From contig JBFLZG010000100.1 in the NCBI GenBank assembly GCA_040756235.1, positions 1-53,841 of the forward strand: a DNA stretch of 53,841 nt, written 5' to 3'. The first letter of the stretch is position 1, and each line of letters starts with the position of its first letter. The translations under genes and the position numbers were made by a program. This DNA comes from a bacterium (lineage in GTDB: Bacteria; Desulfobacterota; DSWW01). The notes under the pieces were generated by a model. It saw nothing but the letters and a program-made list of their open reading frames with translations. It was not told the DNA's origin and ran no database searches. Below, piece after piece: positions 27,365 through 36,156 of this stretch.

Positions 27365-27688
27365 TCAGCTCCCTTCAGATAGATCGGGCGTACCCAGGCC
27401 GGGAAGCTCGTTCTGCCGGTCCCAGCGGCGGTACTCCTCCTCGACCTTCTCCAGCCAGCGCCTCTCGGTTTCCTTGTTGTCAAACCTGAGCAGGCTCCAG
27501 GTCTTTTCGTCTCCGTCGGCCGGCTCGCGGTAGACCTTGTGGGGCGGCACGACTTCGATCCTGCCTCGGCGATTGAAGATGTACCATCCTCGCAGGTAGA
27601 CGCCGCGGAACAGAGGCACCTCGGCCACGGCCACCAGCTCGGAGTCCGAACCTTCGATCTTGTAGAACTGAATGGCATCGCCTGCCAT
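27365..27688 (-). CDS. Hypothetical protein, remote SpoVG-like
   Basis: Pattern LVAVAEV..GVYLRG..I..EVVPP..DG..FDNKET..KVEEEY follows the SpoVG spacing; start could be up to 27718. Confidence 0.5.
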   Translation of the reverse strand: MAGDAIQFYKIEGSDSELVAVAEVPLFRGVYLRGWYIFNRRGRIEVVPPHKVYREPADGDEKTWSLLRFDNKETERRWLEKVEEEYRRWDRQNELPGLGTPDLSEGS

Positions 27689-27724
27689 GGAACGCCCCAT
27701 TGCCTCCATGGAATGCATAGAGTG

Positions 27725-28552
27725 TTAAAAGGAGAAGCTCGTGTCCAGGCTCGGGCAGACCAGGAGCAGCCCACCCAGGGAGCCGGCTTCCGCTTCCCAG
27801 GCATGCAGAAGGTTGCGGAACGTTCCCTGCACGAAGCGCTCGGTCAGCATGCGCCTGCGCCTGCGGAAGGAGACGACCCGCGGCGGCTCCTCCGGAATGC
27901 CTACCCGTTTTCCGGTGTCCAGGATCGCTCTCTGGAGCCCTCCGATTTCATCGACCAGGCCCAGCTCCATGGCCTGCCTGCCCGTGTAGATCTTGCCGTC
28001 AGCGAGGCCTTCCAGGCGTTCCCGGTCCGTGCCTCTCCCCGCGGCCACGGCGTCGAGAAACTGACCGTAGACGTCGTCCGAGACGCCCTGCAGGAACTGC
28101 TCTTCTCGGGGGGTCATCTCTCGAAAGGGTGAGCCCACGTCCTTGTACTGGCCGCTCTTGATCACCGAGCTTGAGACGCCGATCTTGGTGAGGAGGCCCT
28201 GAATATTGCGCACGTGCATCACCACGCCGATGCTGCCCGTGAGGGAGCCCGAGTTGGCGTAGATCCGGTCTGCGGCGCTCGCCACGTAGTAAGCGCCCGA
28301 GGCGGCAACGGAACCGAGAGAGGCGATGACCGGTTTCTGCTCGCGTGCCCTGCGCACCGCCTCGTAGATCTCCTGCGAAGGCACGACCGCTCCTCCGGGC
28401 GAATCCACGCGCATCAGGATCGCCTTGACGCTCGGGATCTTCCGGAGCTTCTCGATCTCATCCACGTAGGGCTTCGAGGACAACAGCAAGCCCCGGATTT
28501 CCACGAGACCGAGGACCCGTTTGTGAATGCGAACCGTGATTCTCTCGAGCAT
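27725..28552 (-). CDS. sppA: Signal peptide peptidase A (36K type)
   Basis: RVDSPGG, KPVIASLGSVAASGAYYVA, TGSIGV, KSGQYKD, GKIYTGRQA..GLVDEIG. Confidence 0.93.
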   Translation of the reverse strand: MLERITVRIHKRVLGLVEIRGLLLSSKPYVDEIEKLRKIPSVKAILMRVDSPGGAVVPSQEIYEAVRRAREQKPVIASLGSVAASGAYYVASAADRIYANSGSLTGSIGVVMHVRNIQGLLTKIGVSSSVIKSGQYKDVGSPFREMTPREEQFLQGVSDDVYGQFLDAVAAGRGTDRERLEGLADGKIYTGRQAMELGLVDEIGGLQRAILDTGKRVGIPEEPPRVVSFRRRRRMLTERFVQGTFRNLLHAWEAEAGSLGGLLLVCPSLDTSFSF

Positions 28553-28558
28553 GAGGCG

Positions 28559-28588
28559 ATCATACTGGCAAGCCTTTCGGGTTGTCAA
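28559..28588 (-). promoter_or_regulatory. Putative sigma70 promoter of sppA (leaderless mRNA)
   Basis: Minus strand TTGACA-N18-TATGAT, ending 6 nt before the ATG at 28552. Confidence 0.55.
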
Positions 28589-28701
28589 TTGCGCGGGTTC
28601 TCACGTATCGGGTCCATGATCCGTACCTCGGAGTGCGGGGGTGCCCCGCCTCGCTCGTCGAGGGCTCAGAACGTCCCGGCCGCATCGTTCCTCGTCCCGG
28701 C

Positions 28702-28731
28702 TTGATGGGTTCCTTTGGGTTGTGCTATTTT
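28702..28731 (+). promoter_or_regulatory. Putative promoter of gatCAB
   Basis: TTGATG-N18-TATTTT with extended -10 TG. Confidence 0.4.
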
Positions 28732-28811
28732 TGCGTGGCGAAGTCGTTGCCTCGGGACGGCCAAGGGAAGAGGGGACGCCGTCCCGACGCGTTTTCGGAC
28801 GGAGAGCGCGG

Positions 28812-29102
28812 GTGAAGAAGGTCGAACGGAAAGAAGTGGAGCACGTTGCCCGGCTGGCCCGGATCGAGCTCAGCGAACAGGAGAAGGATCTCTACTCCGA
28901 ACAGCTGAGCGCGATCCTGGGGTTTTTCGATCGCCTCCAAGAGGTGGATACGGAGCAGGTGCCGCCGACCTCGCACGTGCTGGAATTGACGAACGCCTTT
29001 CGTGCAGACGAGCTGCATGCCTCTTGCAAGTCCGAGGAGATCCTGGCGAACGCCCCGGATGCTTTCGGGCCGTTCTTCCGGGTCCCCCGCATACTCGATT
29101 GA
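28812..29102 (+). CDS. gatC: Asp/Glu-tRNA amidotransferase subunit C
   Basis: [41 protein letters not shown] start. Confidence 0.95.
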   Translation: MKKVERKEVEHVARLARIELSEQEKDLYSEQLSAILGFFDRLQEVDTEQVPPTSHVLELTNAFRADELHASCKSEEILANAPDAFGPFFRVPRILD

Positions 29103-29151
29103 ATCCCGAAAAAAACCGAAAATGACTGCCGGGGCGGCAGGGGACGGGTCG

Positions 29152-30618
29152 ATGGTCCTGCACGAAGAGACGATTCACGGCCTGCACGACAAGCTGGTGC
29201 GGCGGGAAATCAGCTCGGAGGAAGTCACGAGATGCTTTCTCGAGCGCATGGCCCGGTGGAACGCCCGTCTCAACGCCTACGTCACGATGACGGATCGGCT
29301 CGCGCTGGATCAGGCCCGGGAGGCAGACCGGAGGCTCGCCAGGAGTCGGGAAGTCGGCCCCCTTTGCGGCGTTCCCCTGGCGCTCAAGGACGTCCTGTCC
29401 ACCCGCGGGACACGGACCACCTGCGCATCCCGCATCCTCGAGAGGTTCGTTCCGGTGTTCGATGCCACGGTGGTCCGCAAACTGCGAGAGGGCGGAGCGG
29501 TGTTCCTGGGGAAGACCAACATGGACGAGTTTGCCATGGGGTCTTCCACGGAGAACAGCTGTTTCGGCCCGAGCCGCAACCCTTACGATCCGGAGCGGGT
29601 GTGCGGCGGGTCGAGCGGAGGATCGGCCTGCGCCGTGGCCGCGGACCTGTGTGCGGCCGCGCTCGGGAGCGACACCGGCGGCTCGGTCCGGCAGCCGGCT
29701 TCCCACTGCGGCGTGGTGGGGCTGAAGCCCACGTACGGTCGGGTGAGCCGGTTCGGCCTGGTCGCGTTCGCCTCCTCTCTGGACCAGATCGGGCCTCTCA
29801 CCAAGGACGTGACCGATTGCAGCCTCCTGCTCCAGGCGATTTGCGGGTACGACCCTTGCGATTCGACCAGCGTGAAGGAAGAAGTCCCCGATTTTTCCCG
29901 CTTCCTCACCGGAGAGGTCAAGGGGATGCGGTTGGGCGTGCCGCGCGAGTTCTTCGCGGGCGGGCTCGATCCGGACGTGGAGGGAGCGGTGCGCAAGGGA
30001 ATCGAGACGCTCGCAGGAATGGGAGCGGTCCCGGTCGAGCTGAGTCTGCCGCACACGCAGTACGCGGTGCCCGTCTACTATCTCATCGCCCCGGCGGAGG
30101 CCAGCTCCAATCTGGCGCGCTACGACGGCGTGAAGTACGGGTATCGAGCCAGGGGGCCTTTTCGCAACCTGATCGAAATGGTGCGGAAGACCCGCTCGGA
30201 GGGCTTTGGCCCGGAGGTGAAGCGGCGCATCATGCTGGGCACCTATGCGCTCAGCTCGGGCTACTACGACGCGTACTACCGCAAGGCCCAGCAGGTCCGG
30301 ACCCTCATCCGCCGGGACTTCGCCGCTGCATTCGAGCAGTGCGACGTCATCGTGGCGCCGACGTCCCCGACCCCTGCTTTTCGGATCGGCGAGAAGGCCG
30401 AGGATCCTCTGCAGATGTACCTCTCGGACATCTTCACCGTTTCGGTGAATCTGGCCGGGCTTCCGGGAATCAGCGTCCCCTGCGGGATGAGCCGCGACGG
30501 GCTCCCGATCGGCTTGCAGATTCTGGGCAGGCACTTCGACGAGGGCACGGTCCTCAGGGCGGCCTTCGCCTTTGAGCAGCAATCAGGATCGGGCCGCAGG
30601 CGGCCACCGATCTCGTGA
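29152..30618 (+). CDS. gatA: Asp/Glu-tRNA amidotransferase subunit A
   Basis: [47 protein letters not shown]. Confidence 0.97.
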   Translation: MVLHEETIHGLHDKLVRREISSEEVTRCFLERMARWNARLNAYVTMTDRLALDQAREADRRLARSREVGPLCGVPLALKDVLSTRGTRTTCASRILERFVPVFDATVVRKLREGGAVFLGKTNMDEFAMGSSTENSCFGPSRNPYDPERVCGGSSGGSACAVAADLCAAALGSDTGGSVRQPASHCGVVGLKPTYGRVSRFGLVAFASSLDQIGPLTKDVTDCSLLLQAICGYDPCDSTSVKEEVPDFSRFLTGEVKGMRLGVPREFFAGGLDPDVEGAVRKGIETLAGMGAVPVELSLPHTQYAVPVYYLIAPAEASSNLARYDGVKYGYRARGPFRNLIEMVRKTRSEGFGPEVKRRIMLGTYALSSGYYDAYYRKAQQVRTLIRRDFAAAFEQCDVIVAPTSPTPAFRIGEKAEDPLQMYLSDIFTVSVNLAGLPGISVPCGMSRDGLPIGLQILGRHFDEGTVLRAAFAFEQQSGSGRRRPPIS

Positions 30619-30702
30619 GGCAAATACGCCCGGTTTCCACGGATCGCTCCTCCCGGGCGGCTGAAAACCGGCAACCGGCAACTGGGGGGCGGGGAGGGGC
30701 TT

Positions 30703-32151
30703 ATGGATTACGAGGCGGTCATCGGGCTGGAGATCCACGCGCAGCTCCTGACGCAGAGTAAGATTTTCTGCGGCTGCTCCACCCGGTTCGGGGCCGATCC
30801 CAACAGCCAGACCTGTCCGATCTGCACCGGGATGCCCGGCGTGCTGCCGGTGCTGAACCGCAAGGTGGTGGAGCTCGCCATCCGGACCGCTCTCGCCCTG
30901 CACGGAGAGATTGCGCCCCGCTCGGTATTCGCGCGGAAAAATTACTTCTATCCGGATCTCCCGAAAGGATACCAGATCTCGCAATACGAGCTTCCCCTTT
31001 CCTCGGGGGGCTTTGTGGAGATCGAGGTCGAAGGGGAGAGGAGGCGGATCCGGATATGCCGCATCCACATGGAGGAAGACGCGGGCAAGCTCGTCTATGA
31101 AGGGACCATGGAGACCACGGAGTCGAGCCTGGTCGACCTGAATCGCACGGGCGTGCCCCTGATCGAGATCGTGACCGAACCGGAACTGCACACCCCGGAG
31201 GAGGCGGGTGCGTTCCTGCGGAAGCTGCGCAGCGTTCTCCGGTACCTGGGCGTGTGCGACGGAAACATGGAGCAGGGGAGCTTCCGCTGCGATGCCAACG
31301 TATCCCTCAGGCCCCGCGGGACCGAAGGGCTGGGCGTCAAGGCCGAGCTCAAGAACATGAACTCCTTCCGCTTTGTCGAGCGGGCCCTGGAGTACGAGAT
31401 CGACCGACAGCGCGAGGTCCTCGAGGACGGCGCCGCGGTCGTCCAGGAGACGCGCCTCTGGGACTCCGCACGCCAGGTGACGATCGGGATGAGGGGCAAG
31501 GAGGAAGCGCACGACTACCGCTACTTTCCGGACCCGGACCTCGTCCCCTGCGTTCCGGACCCCCTCTGGGTGGAGGAGGTCCGCGGGGAGCTTCCGGAGC
31601 TGCCCGACGAGAAGCAGGCCCGATTCGTCCGGCAGTACGATCTGCCCGGCTATGACGCGGCCCTCCTCACCTCGAGCGCCGAGTTGGCCGACTATTTCGA
31701 GCGCGCCGTGAGGGAGCTGCCGAAACCCAAGATGCTGAGCAACTGGATCCTTTCCGAGCTGCTGCGAGAGCTGAACAGAGAGGATTTGGAGATCGAGCAG
31801 TGCCCGGTCCTTCCGGAACAGCTCGCCCGGCTGCTCGCGCTCATCGACCAAGGACAGATCAGCGGGAAGATCGGGAAGCAGGTCTTCGAGGAGATGATGA
31901 AGACCCGGAAGGACCCCGAGACGATCGTCAGGGAGAAGGGGTGGGTGCAGATCCAGGACCGGGAGGAGCTCGAGCGCGTCATCGAGCGCATCCTGGAGGA
32001 GAACCCCGGAGAAGTGGAGCAGTATCGGAAAGGGAAGGAGAAGCTCCTGGGATTCTTCGTCGGTCAGGCCATGAAGGCTACCCGCGGACAGGCCAGTCCC
32101 AAGCTGGTGAACGAGATCCTGAGCGCCCGTCTGAAGCCGGGAGAGCAGTAG
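30703..32151 (+). CDS. gatB: Asp/Glu-tRNA amidotransferase subunit B
   Basis: [45 protein letters not shown]. Confidence 0.97.
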   Translation: MDYEAVIGLEIHAQLLTQSKIFCGCSTRFGADPNSQTCPICTGMPGVLPVLNRKVVELAIRTALALHGEIAPRSVFARKNYFYPDLPKGYQISQYELPLSSGGFVEIEVEGERRRIRICRIHMEEDAGKLVYEGTMETTESSLVDLNRTGVPLIEIVTEPELHTPEEAGAFLRKLRSVLRYLGVCDGNMEQGSFRCDANVSLRPRGTEGLGVKAELKNMNSFRFVERALEYEIDRQREVLEDGAAVVQETRLWDSARQVTIGMRGKEEAHDYRYFPDPDLVPCVPDPLWVEEVRGELPELPDEKQARFVRQYDLPGYDAALLTSSAELADYFERAVRELPKPKMLSNWILSELLRELNREDLEIEQCPVLPEQLARLLALIDQGQISGKIGKQVFEEMMKTRKDPETIVREKGWVQIQDREELERVIERILEENPGEVEQYRKGKEKLLGFFVGQAMKATRGQASPKLVNEILSARLKPGEQ

Positions 32152-32158
32152 GAAACAG

Positions 32159-33247
32159 ATGAAGAGCTTGAAGCGAACCGGGCCTCGAACGAAGACGGTG
32201 AAATACGATCCGCCTTACCAGACTTTCTCCTGGAAGGGAGACAGGCTGGACCTGCTGGACCAGCGGCTCCTGCCGAACCAGGAGAGATACTTCGAATGTC
32301 GCACGGGAGCCGACGTCGTGGAGGCCATTCGTCAGATGGTGATCCGGGGCGCGCCGGCCATCGGGATCGCGGCGGCCTACGGTTGCGTCCTGGAGGCGCT
32401 GCGGATCGAGCAGGACGAGGTCGGAGCGTTTCAACGGGCGCTGGAGCGCTTCTCCAGGCAGATGGAGGAAGCAAGGCCCACGGCGGTCAATCTCCGGTGG
32501 GCGCTCGAGCGCATGCGCGCCGTCGGCCTGCGCTCGGGCTGGAAACGCGTTCCGGATATCCGCAAGGCCCTGGCCCGGGAGGCCCGCAGGATCCACGCCG
32601 AAGATCTCGAGGCGAATTGGAGAATGGGGCAGGCCGGCAGCCGCCTCGTCCCCCGGCGATCGAAGATCCTGACGTACTGCAACGCCGGCACCCTGGCGAC
32701 CGGCGGTTACGGTACCGCTGCCGGCGTGATCCGGGCCTGCTGGCGGCGCGCCCAGACGGTCGAGGTCTTCGCCTGCGAGACCAGGCCGTTTCTGCAGGGC
32801 GCCCGCCTCACCGCCTGGGAGCTCATGCGGGAAGGGATCCCGGTGACCCTGATCACCGACAACATGGCCGGATACCTGATGGGGGCCGGCCGGATCGATT
32901 GTGTGATCGTGGGAGCGGATCGGATCGCAGCCAACGGGGACGTGGCGAACAAGATCGGCACCTACGGCCTCTCGGTGCTCGCCCGCAAGCACAAGATTCC
33001 GTTCTACGTGGCTGCGCCGGTTTCGACCATCGATTTCGCGTGTCCCTCAGGGAGGGAGATTCCGATCGAAATCCGGGACGCTGGCGAGGTGACGCACATG
33101 GCCGGAGTAGCGATCGCTCCGCAGGGATGCCGGGCCCTCAACCCGGCCTTCGACGTGACCCCTCACGGGCTGATCTCGGCCATCGTCACGGAGGGGGGGG
33201 TCATCCGGCCCCCGTATCGCACCCGCCTGCGGAAACTGAAGAAGTAG
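32159..33247 (+). CDS. mtnA: S-methyl-5-thioribose-1-phosphate isomerase
   Basis: LLDQRLLP, IRGAPAIG, RPTAVNL, CNAGTLAT, ETRPFLQGARLT, ANKIGTY, NPAFDVTP. Confidence 0.93.
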   Translation: MKSLKRTGPRTKTVKYDPPYQTFSWKGDRLDLLDQRLLPNQERYFECRTGADVVEAIRQMVIRGAPAIGIAAAYGCVLEALRIEQDEVGAFQRALERFSRQMEEARPTAVNLRWALERMRAVGLRSGWKRVPDIRKALAREARRIHAEDLEANWRMGQAGSRLVPRRSKILTYCNAGTLATGGYGTAAGVIRACWRRAQTVEVFACETRPFLQGARLTAWELMREGIPVTLITDNMAGYLMGAGRIDCVIVGADRIAANGDVANKIGTYGLSVLARKHKIPFYVAAPVSTIDFACPSGREIPIEIRDAGEVTHMAGVAIAPQGCRALNPAFDVTPHGLISAIVTEGGVIRPPYRTRLRKLKK

Positions 33248-33317
33248 GGGCGACCGGCGGTCGCCCTGCCAGAGGAAACCGGTCCCTGCTGGGGGGGGAC
33301 CGGGGGGTCGCCCCTAC
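33244..33317. repeat. Inverted pair of GTAG-type REP-like elements between convergent genes
   Basis: GTAGGGGCGACCGGCGGTCGCCC at 33244-33266 and inverted ..GGTCGCCCCTAC ending 33317. Confidence 0.8.
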
Positions 33318-33343
33318 CCGAGCTGACACCCGACACCTGGTCT

Positions 33344-33871
33344 TCAAATGCTGGAGCCCTCGCCTTCCCCGTGCTCTGCCTCAGCCGGCTCTTCGTGCGT
33401 GGTCTCATCGGCCTCGGGCGGACTCTGCTCGGGGTTTGCCTCGGGCTCGGTCTGCGGCTCCATCTGGGGATCCTGAACCTCAGGCTCTCCGCTCTCCGGT
33501 TTTTCAGCCTGGGGCTGGGCCTGTCCCTGCGGCTTCTGCATCATGCCGAGGAGGGCCCGGATTTCCGTGAGAGCCTTTTGCGCCTGGACCTGCAGGTCTC
33601 CGGAGGAGTGCATCGAGATCTGCTCCAGATTGAGCAGTGCCAGCTTCAACTCGAGAGCCAGCCGGGTGCTCATCGCCTGCTCGCGGGACGCGACGAGCGA
33701 ATCCACCTTCGTCCGCAGCTCTCTGTACTCCTGGTTGCGGAGCCGCTCCAGAGGCACGCTCACGTCCCGGAAGAGCACGTAGCTGAAGCCGAACGAGATG
33801 AAGGCGGCCAGGAGCGCCAAGGTCACCAGAAGGCGAAGGGCGCGCAGGTGCTTTCCGATTTCGGGATCCAT
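33344..33871 (-). CDS. Hypothetical single-TM coiled-coil protein with low-complexity Q/E/P tail
   Basis: RBS aggaggaag; hydrophobic LLVTLALLAAFISFGFSYVLF; own promoter. Confidence 0.75.
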   Translation of the reverse strand: MDPEIGKHLRALRLLVTLALLAAFISFGFSYVLFRDVSVPLERLRNQEYRELRTKVDSLVASREQAMSTRLALELKLALLNLEQISMHSSGDLQVQAQKALTEIRALLGMMQKPQGQAQPQAEKPESGEPEVQDPQMEPQTEPEANPEQSPPEADETTHEEPAEAEHGEGEGSSI

Positions 33872-33909
33872 AGGCTTCCTCCTTTCGAGTCTCTCTAGAG
33901 GGGTGGCCA

Positions 33910-33976
33910 AGTCTATGAAGCAGGGCCTCTGAAGTCAACAACCGCGGTTGACAAGCGACCGCGGTTTCATTACGGT
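33910..33976. promoter_or_regulatory. Back-to-back divergent sigma70 promoters
   Basis: Minus TTGACT-N17-TAGACT (33938-33910); plus TTGACA-N17-TACGGT (33948-33976). Confidence 0.65.
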
Positions 33977-34042
33977 TGAACACTTCAGAGGTGTCGGGTT
34001 GCCGGATGAAGGGTAGGTGAGGTCGAGAAAGGAAAGGACATC

Positions 34043-34318
34043 ATGGGCAAGATCGTGGATCAGTTCACCAAGAACGCCACAGAGGAGGTGCGCGTCTCCA
34101 TCACCGAGTTCAGGGGCCACCAGCTCATCGACTTCAGGATCTACGTCGAGCCAAAGGATGGAGGAGAGAGGAAGCCCACCAAGAAGGGCATCACGATCAA
34201 CGTGAACCTGTACCCGAAGCTGAAGAAGGCCATCCTTAAGGCGGAAAAAGAGCTCATCAAGGAAGGGCTCATCGAGGAAGAGGCCCTCGAACAGATTACG
34301 AACGAAGACGCGTCCTGA
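34043..34318 (+). CDS. PC4/YdbC-like ssDNA-binding protein
   Basis: KNATEEVRVSITEFRG..IDFRIY..KPTKKGITI. Confidence 0.88.
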   Translation: MGKIVDQFTKNATEEVRVSITEFRGHQLIDFRIYVEPKDGGERKPTKKGITINVNLYPKLKKAILKAEKELIKEGLIEEEALEQITNEDAS

Positions 34319-34467
34319 CCGGCACAGGACTCCTGCCTGCAGACACTTGCTCCACCCGTCCCTTGAAACCAAACCCGATTCTCTGCGATCTATCGTGGTA
34401 GGGTCCATGCGCTGAGGTCAGGCGGCGAAGCCTTTCTCAACAGCCTGGCGGAAAAGGAGTCTGCGCG

Positions 34468-34557
34468 ATGAGAACGTTGGCCTTGGTATTGGGACTGCTG
34501 GCGTTCTGGTTTCTGCTGCAGACCGTGATCCTTCCCAGGTTCGGCATCTCGACCTGA
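34468..34557 (+). CDS. Small membrane peptide ending in TGA; candidate selenocysteine read-through into trxA
   Basis: AAGGAG RBS, MRTLALVLGLLAFWFLLQTVILPRFGIST-TGA; the frame stays open (LRPAC..) into thioredoxin; hairpin 34574-34590. Confidence 0.7.
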   Translation: MRTLALVLGLLAFWFLLQTVILPRFGIST

Positions 34558-34573
34558 CTGCGTCCGGCCTGTC

Positions 34574-34590
34574 GGACCGCGTCGCGGTCC
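34574..34590 (+). promoter_or_regulatory. Candidate bacterial SECIS hairpin
   Basis: GGACCGC-GTC-GCGGTCC; the loop begins with GU, 24 nt after the TGA. Confidence 0.45.
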
Positions 34591-34647
34591 ATGCAAGGCC
34601 CGGGTGACGGGGAGCGAGCACCCGTTTCTTTACCCAACAAGGAGAGG

Positions 34648-35004
34648 ATGGAAATGGACGAACTTCAGGGAAAGGATGTTCGGCATTTTTCCGATACCAC
34701 CTTCGACAAGGAGGTGGTGCAGACGCCAGGCCCTGTCCTCGTCGACTTCTGGGCTCCGTGGTGCGGGCCCTGCAAGATCATCGGCCCGGTGGTGGAGGAG
34801 CTCGCCGTGCAGTACAAGGGCCGCTTGCAGGTCGGCAAGGTGAACGTGGACGAGAATCCGAACGTGGCCTCCCGGTTCGGTATCCGCGGCATTCCCACCC
34901 TCATGCTCTACAAAGGCGGAAAGCTCGTGGAACAGGTGGTGGGCGCCGTGCCGAAGGCTCAGCTCCAGAAACTCATCGAAAAATGGCTTGATCCGGTCGC
35001 TTGA
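34648..35004 (+). CDS. trxA: Thioredoxin
   Basis: [20 protein letters not shown]; own RBS aaggagagg. Confidence 0.96.
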   Translation: MEMDELQGKDVRHFSDTTFDKEVVQTPGPVLVDFWAPWCGPCKIIGPVVEELAVQYKGRLQVGKVNVDENPNVASRFGIRGIPTLMLYKGGKLVEQVVGAVPKAQLQKLIEKWLDPVA

Positions 35005-35031
35005 CGGACCGCTGGCCGCGATCAGGTCCAG

Positions 35032-36045
35032 ATGGACCCCAGGCGACATCACTCGCTGAAACTCTGGAACACCTTCGGGATCGACGCCAGGGCGAGCGGC
35101 TGCGTGCAGGCGCACACCCTGGACGATCTGCGAGCCGCGATCGATCTGGGCGCCCGGTTCGAGCGGATGCTGGTGCTCGGGGGCGGCAGCAACGTGCTGT
35201 TCGTCCGTGACTTCGACGGCCTCGTGGTGCGGATCGAGCTCAGGGGGATCCGCGTTCTCAGCGAAGACGCGCAGTGGATCGAGATCGAGGTTGCGGCCGG
35301 GGAGAGCTGGCCGGAGCTGGTCGCTGGGTGCGTGGAGAGAAGCTGGGGAGGCCTCGAGAATCTTTCCCTCATACCCGGAACGGCGGGCGGGGCTCCGGTC
35401 CAGAACGTGGGGGCCTACGGGGCGGAGCTGAAGGACGTTCTCCTCTGGGTCGCCGGGATCGATACGGAAAGCGGCCGGATCCGCTCCCTGAGCAACGCGG
35501 AGTGCCTGCTGGGGTACCGGGCGAGCATTTTCAAAGGGGAGCTGAAGGGAAGGTTCGTGATCACCTCGGTCGCCTTGCGCTTGTCCAAGTGCCCGGTGAT
35601 GAACACGAGCTACGAGTCTCTGGCGGCCGAGCTCTGCGGACCCGGCAACAGCTCGGTCACGCTTCTGGATGTGTCTCGAGCCGTCTGCCGCCTGCGCAAG
35701 AGGAGGATCCCGGATCCGGGAGAGCTGGGCAATGCAGGGAGCTTCTTCAAGAATCCCGAGGTCTCCGCAGGGACCCTGGACGCCTTGAGGGAGCGCTTTC
35801 CCTCCCTTCCCGCACATCCTTCCCCTGCGAGCTGCTTCCGGATCCCCGCCGGCTGGTTGATCGAGCAGTGCGGATGGAAGGGAAAGCGGGTGGGCTCCGC
35901 GGGCGTGTACGAGAAGCATGCGCTGATTCTGGTGAATTACGGGGGCGCCACAGGGCGCGAGGTGCTGGATCTGGCCCGGCGCATCCAGGATTCGGTGCGC
36001 GAGCGCTTCGGGATCGGTCTGGAGCCCGAGGTGCAGATCGTCTGA
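35032..36045 (+). CDS. murB: UDP-N-acetylenolpyruvoylglucosamine reductase
   Basis: NTFGI, LGGGSNVLF, GLENLSLIPGT.GGAPVQNVGAYG, GNAGSFFKNP, HALILVN, LEPEV. Confidence 0.95.
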   Translation: MDPRRHHSLKLWNTFGIDARASGCVQAHTLDDLRAAIDLGARFERMLVLGGGSNVLFVRDFDGLVVRIELRGIRVLSEDAQWIEIEVAAGESWPELVAGCVERSWGGLENLSLIPGTAGGAPVQNVGAYGAELKDVLLWVAGIDTESGRIRSLSNAECLLGYRASIFKGELKGRFVITSVALRLSKCPVMNTSYESLAAELCGPGNSSVTLLDVSRAVCRLRKRRIPDPGELGNAGSFFKNPEVSAGTLDALRERFPSLPAHPSPASCFRIPAGWLIEQCGWKGKRVGSAGVYEKHALILVNYGGATGREVLDLARRIQDSVRERFGIGLEPEVQIV

Positions 36046-36046
36046 A

Positions 36047-36150
36047 TCAGTTGTCAGTTCTCGGCTCTCAGTTGTCAGGAAGAGGGGAGAACAGAGAGGG
36101 TGGCAGGGATGGAGACCGGCAATGACGACCGATGACCGATGACTGACAGG
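36047..36150. repeat. Heptameric short tandem repeats (TCAGTTG/TCAGTTC and inverse TGACCGA)
   Basis: tcagttg tcagttc tcggctc tcagttg tcag at 36047-36078; gaccgatgaccgatgactga ~36127-36146. Confidence 0.7.
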
Positions 36151-36156
36151 TGGAAC

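Noticed and set aside
34431..34447. cctttctcaacagcctg (and cctttttcgacggcctg at ~43971) resembling MITE right ends
   Set aside because: No matching left end found nearby; too short to call an element.
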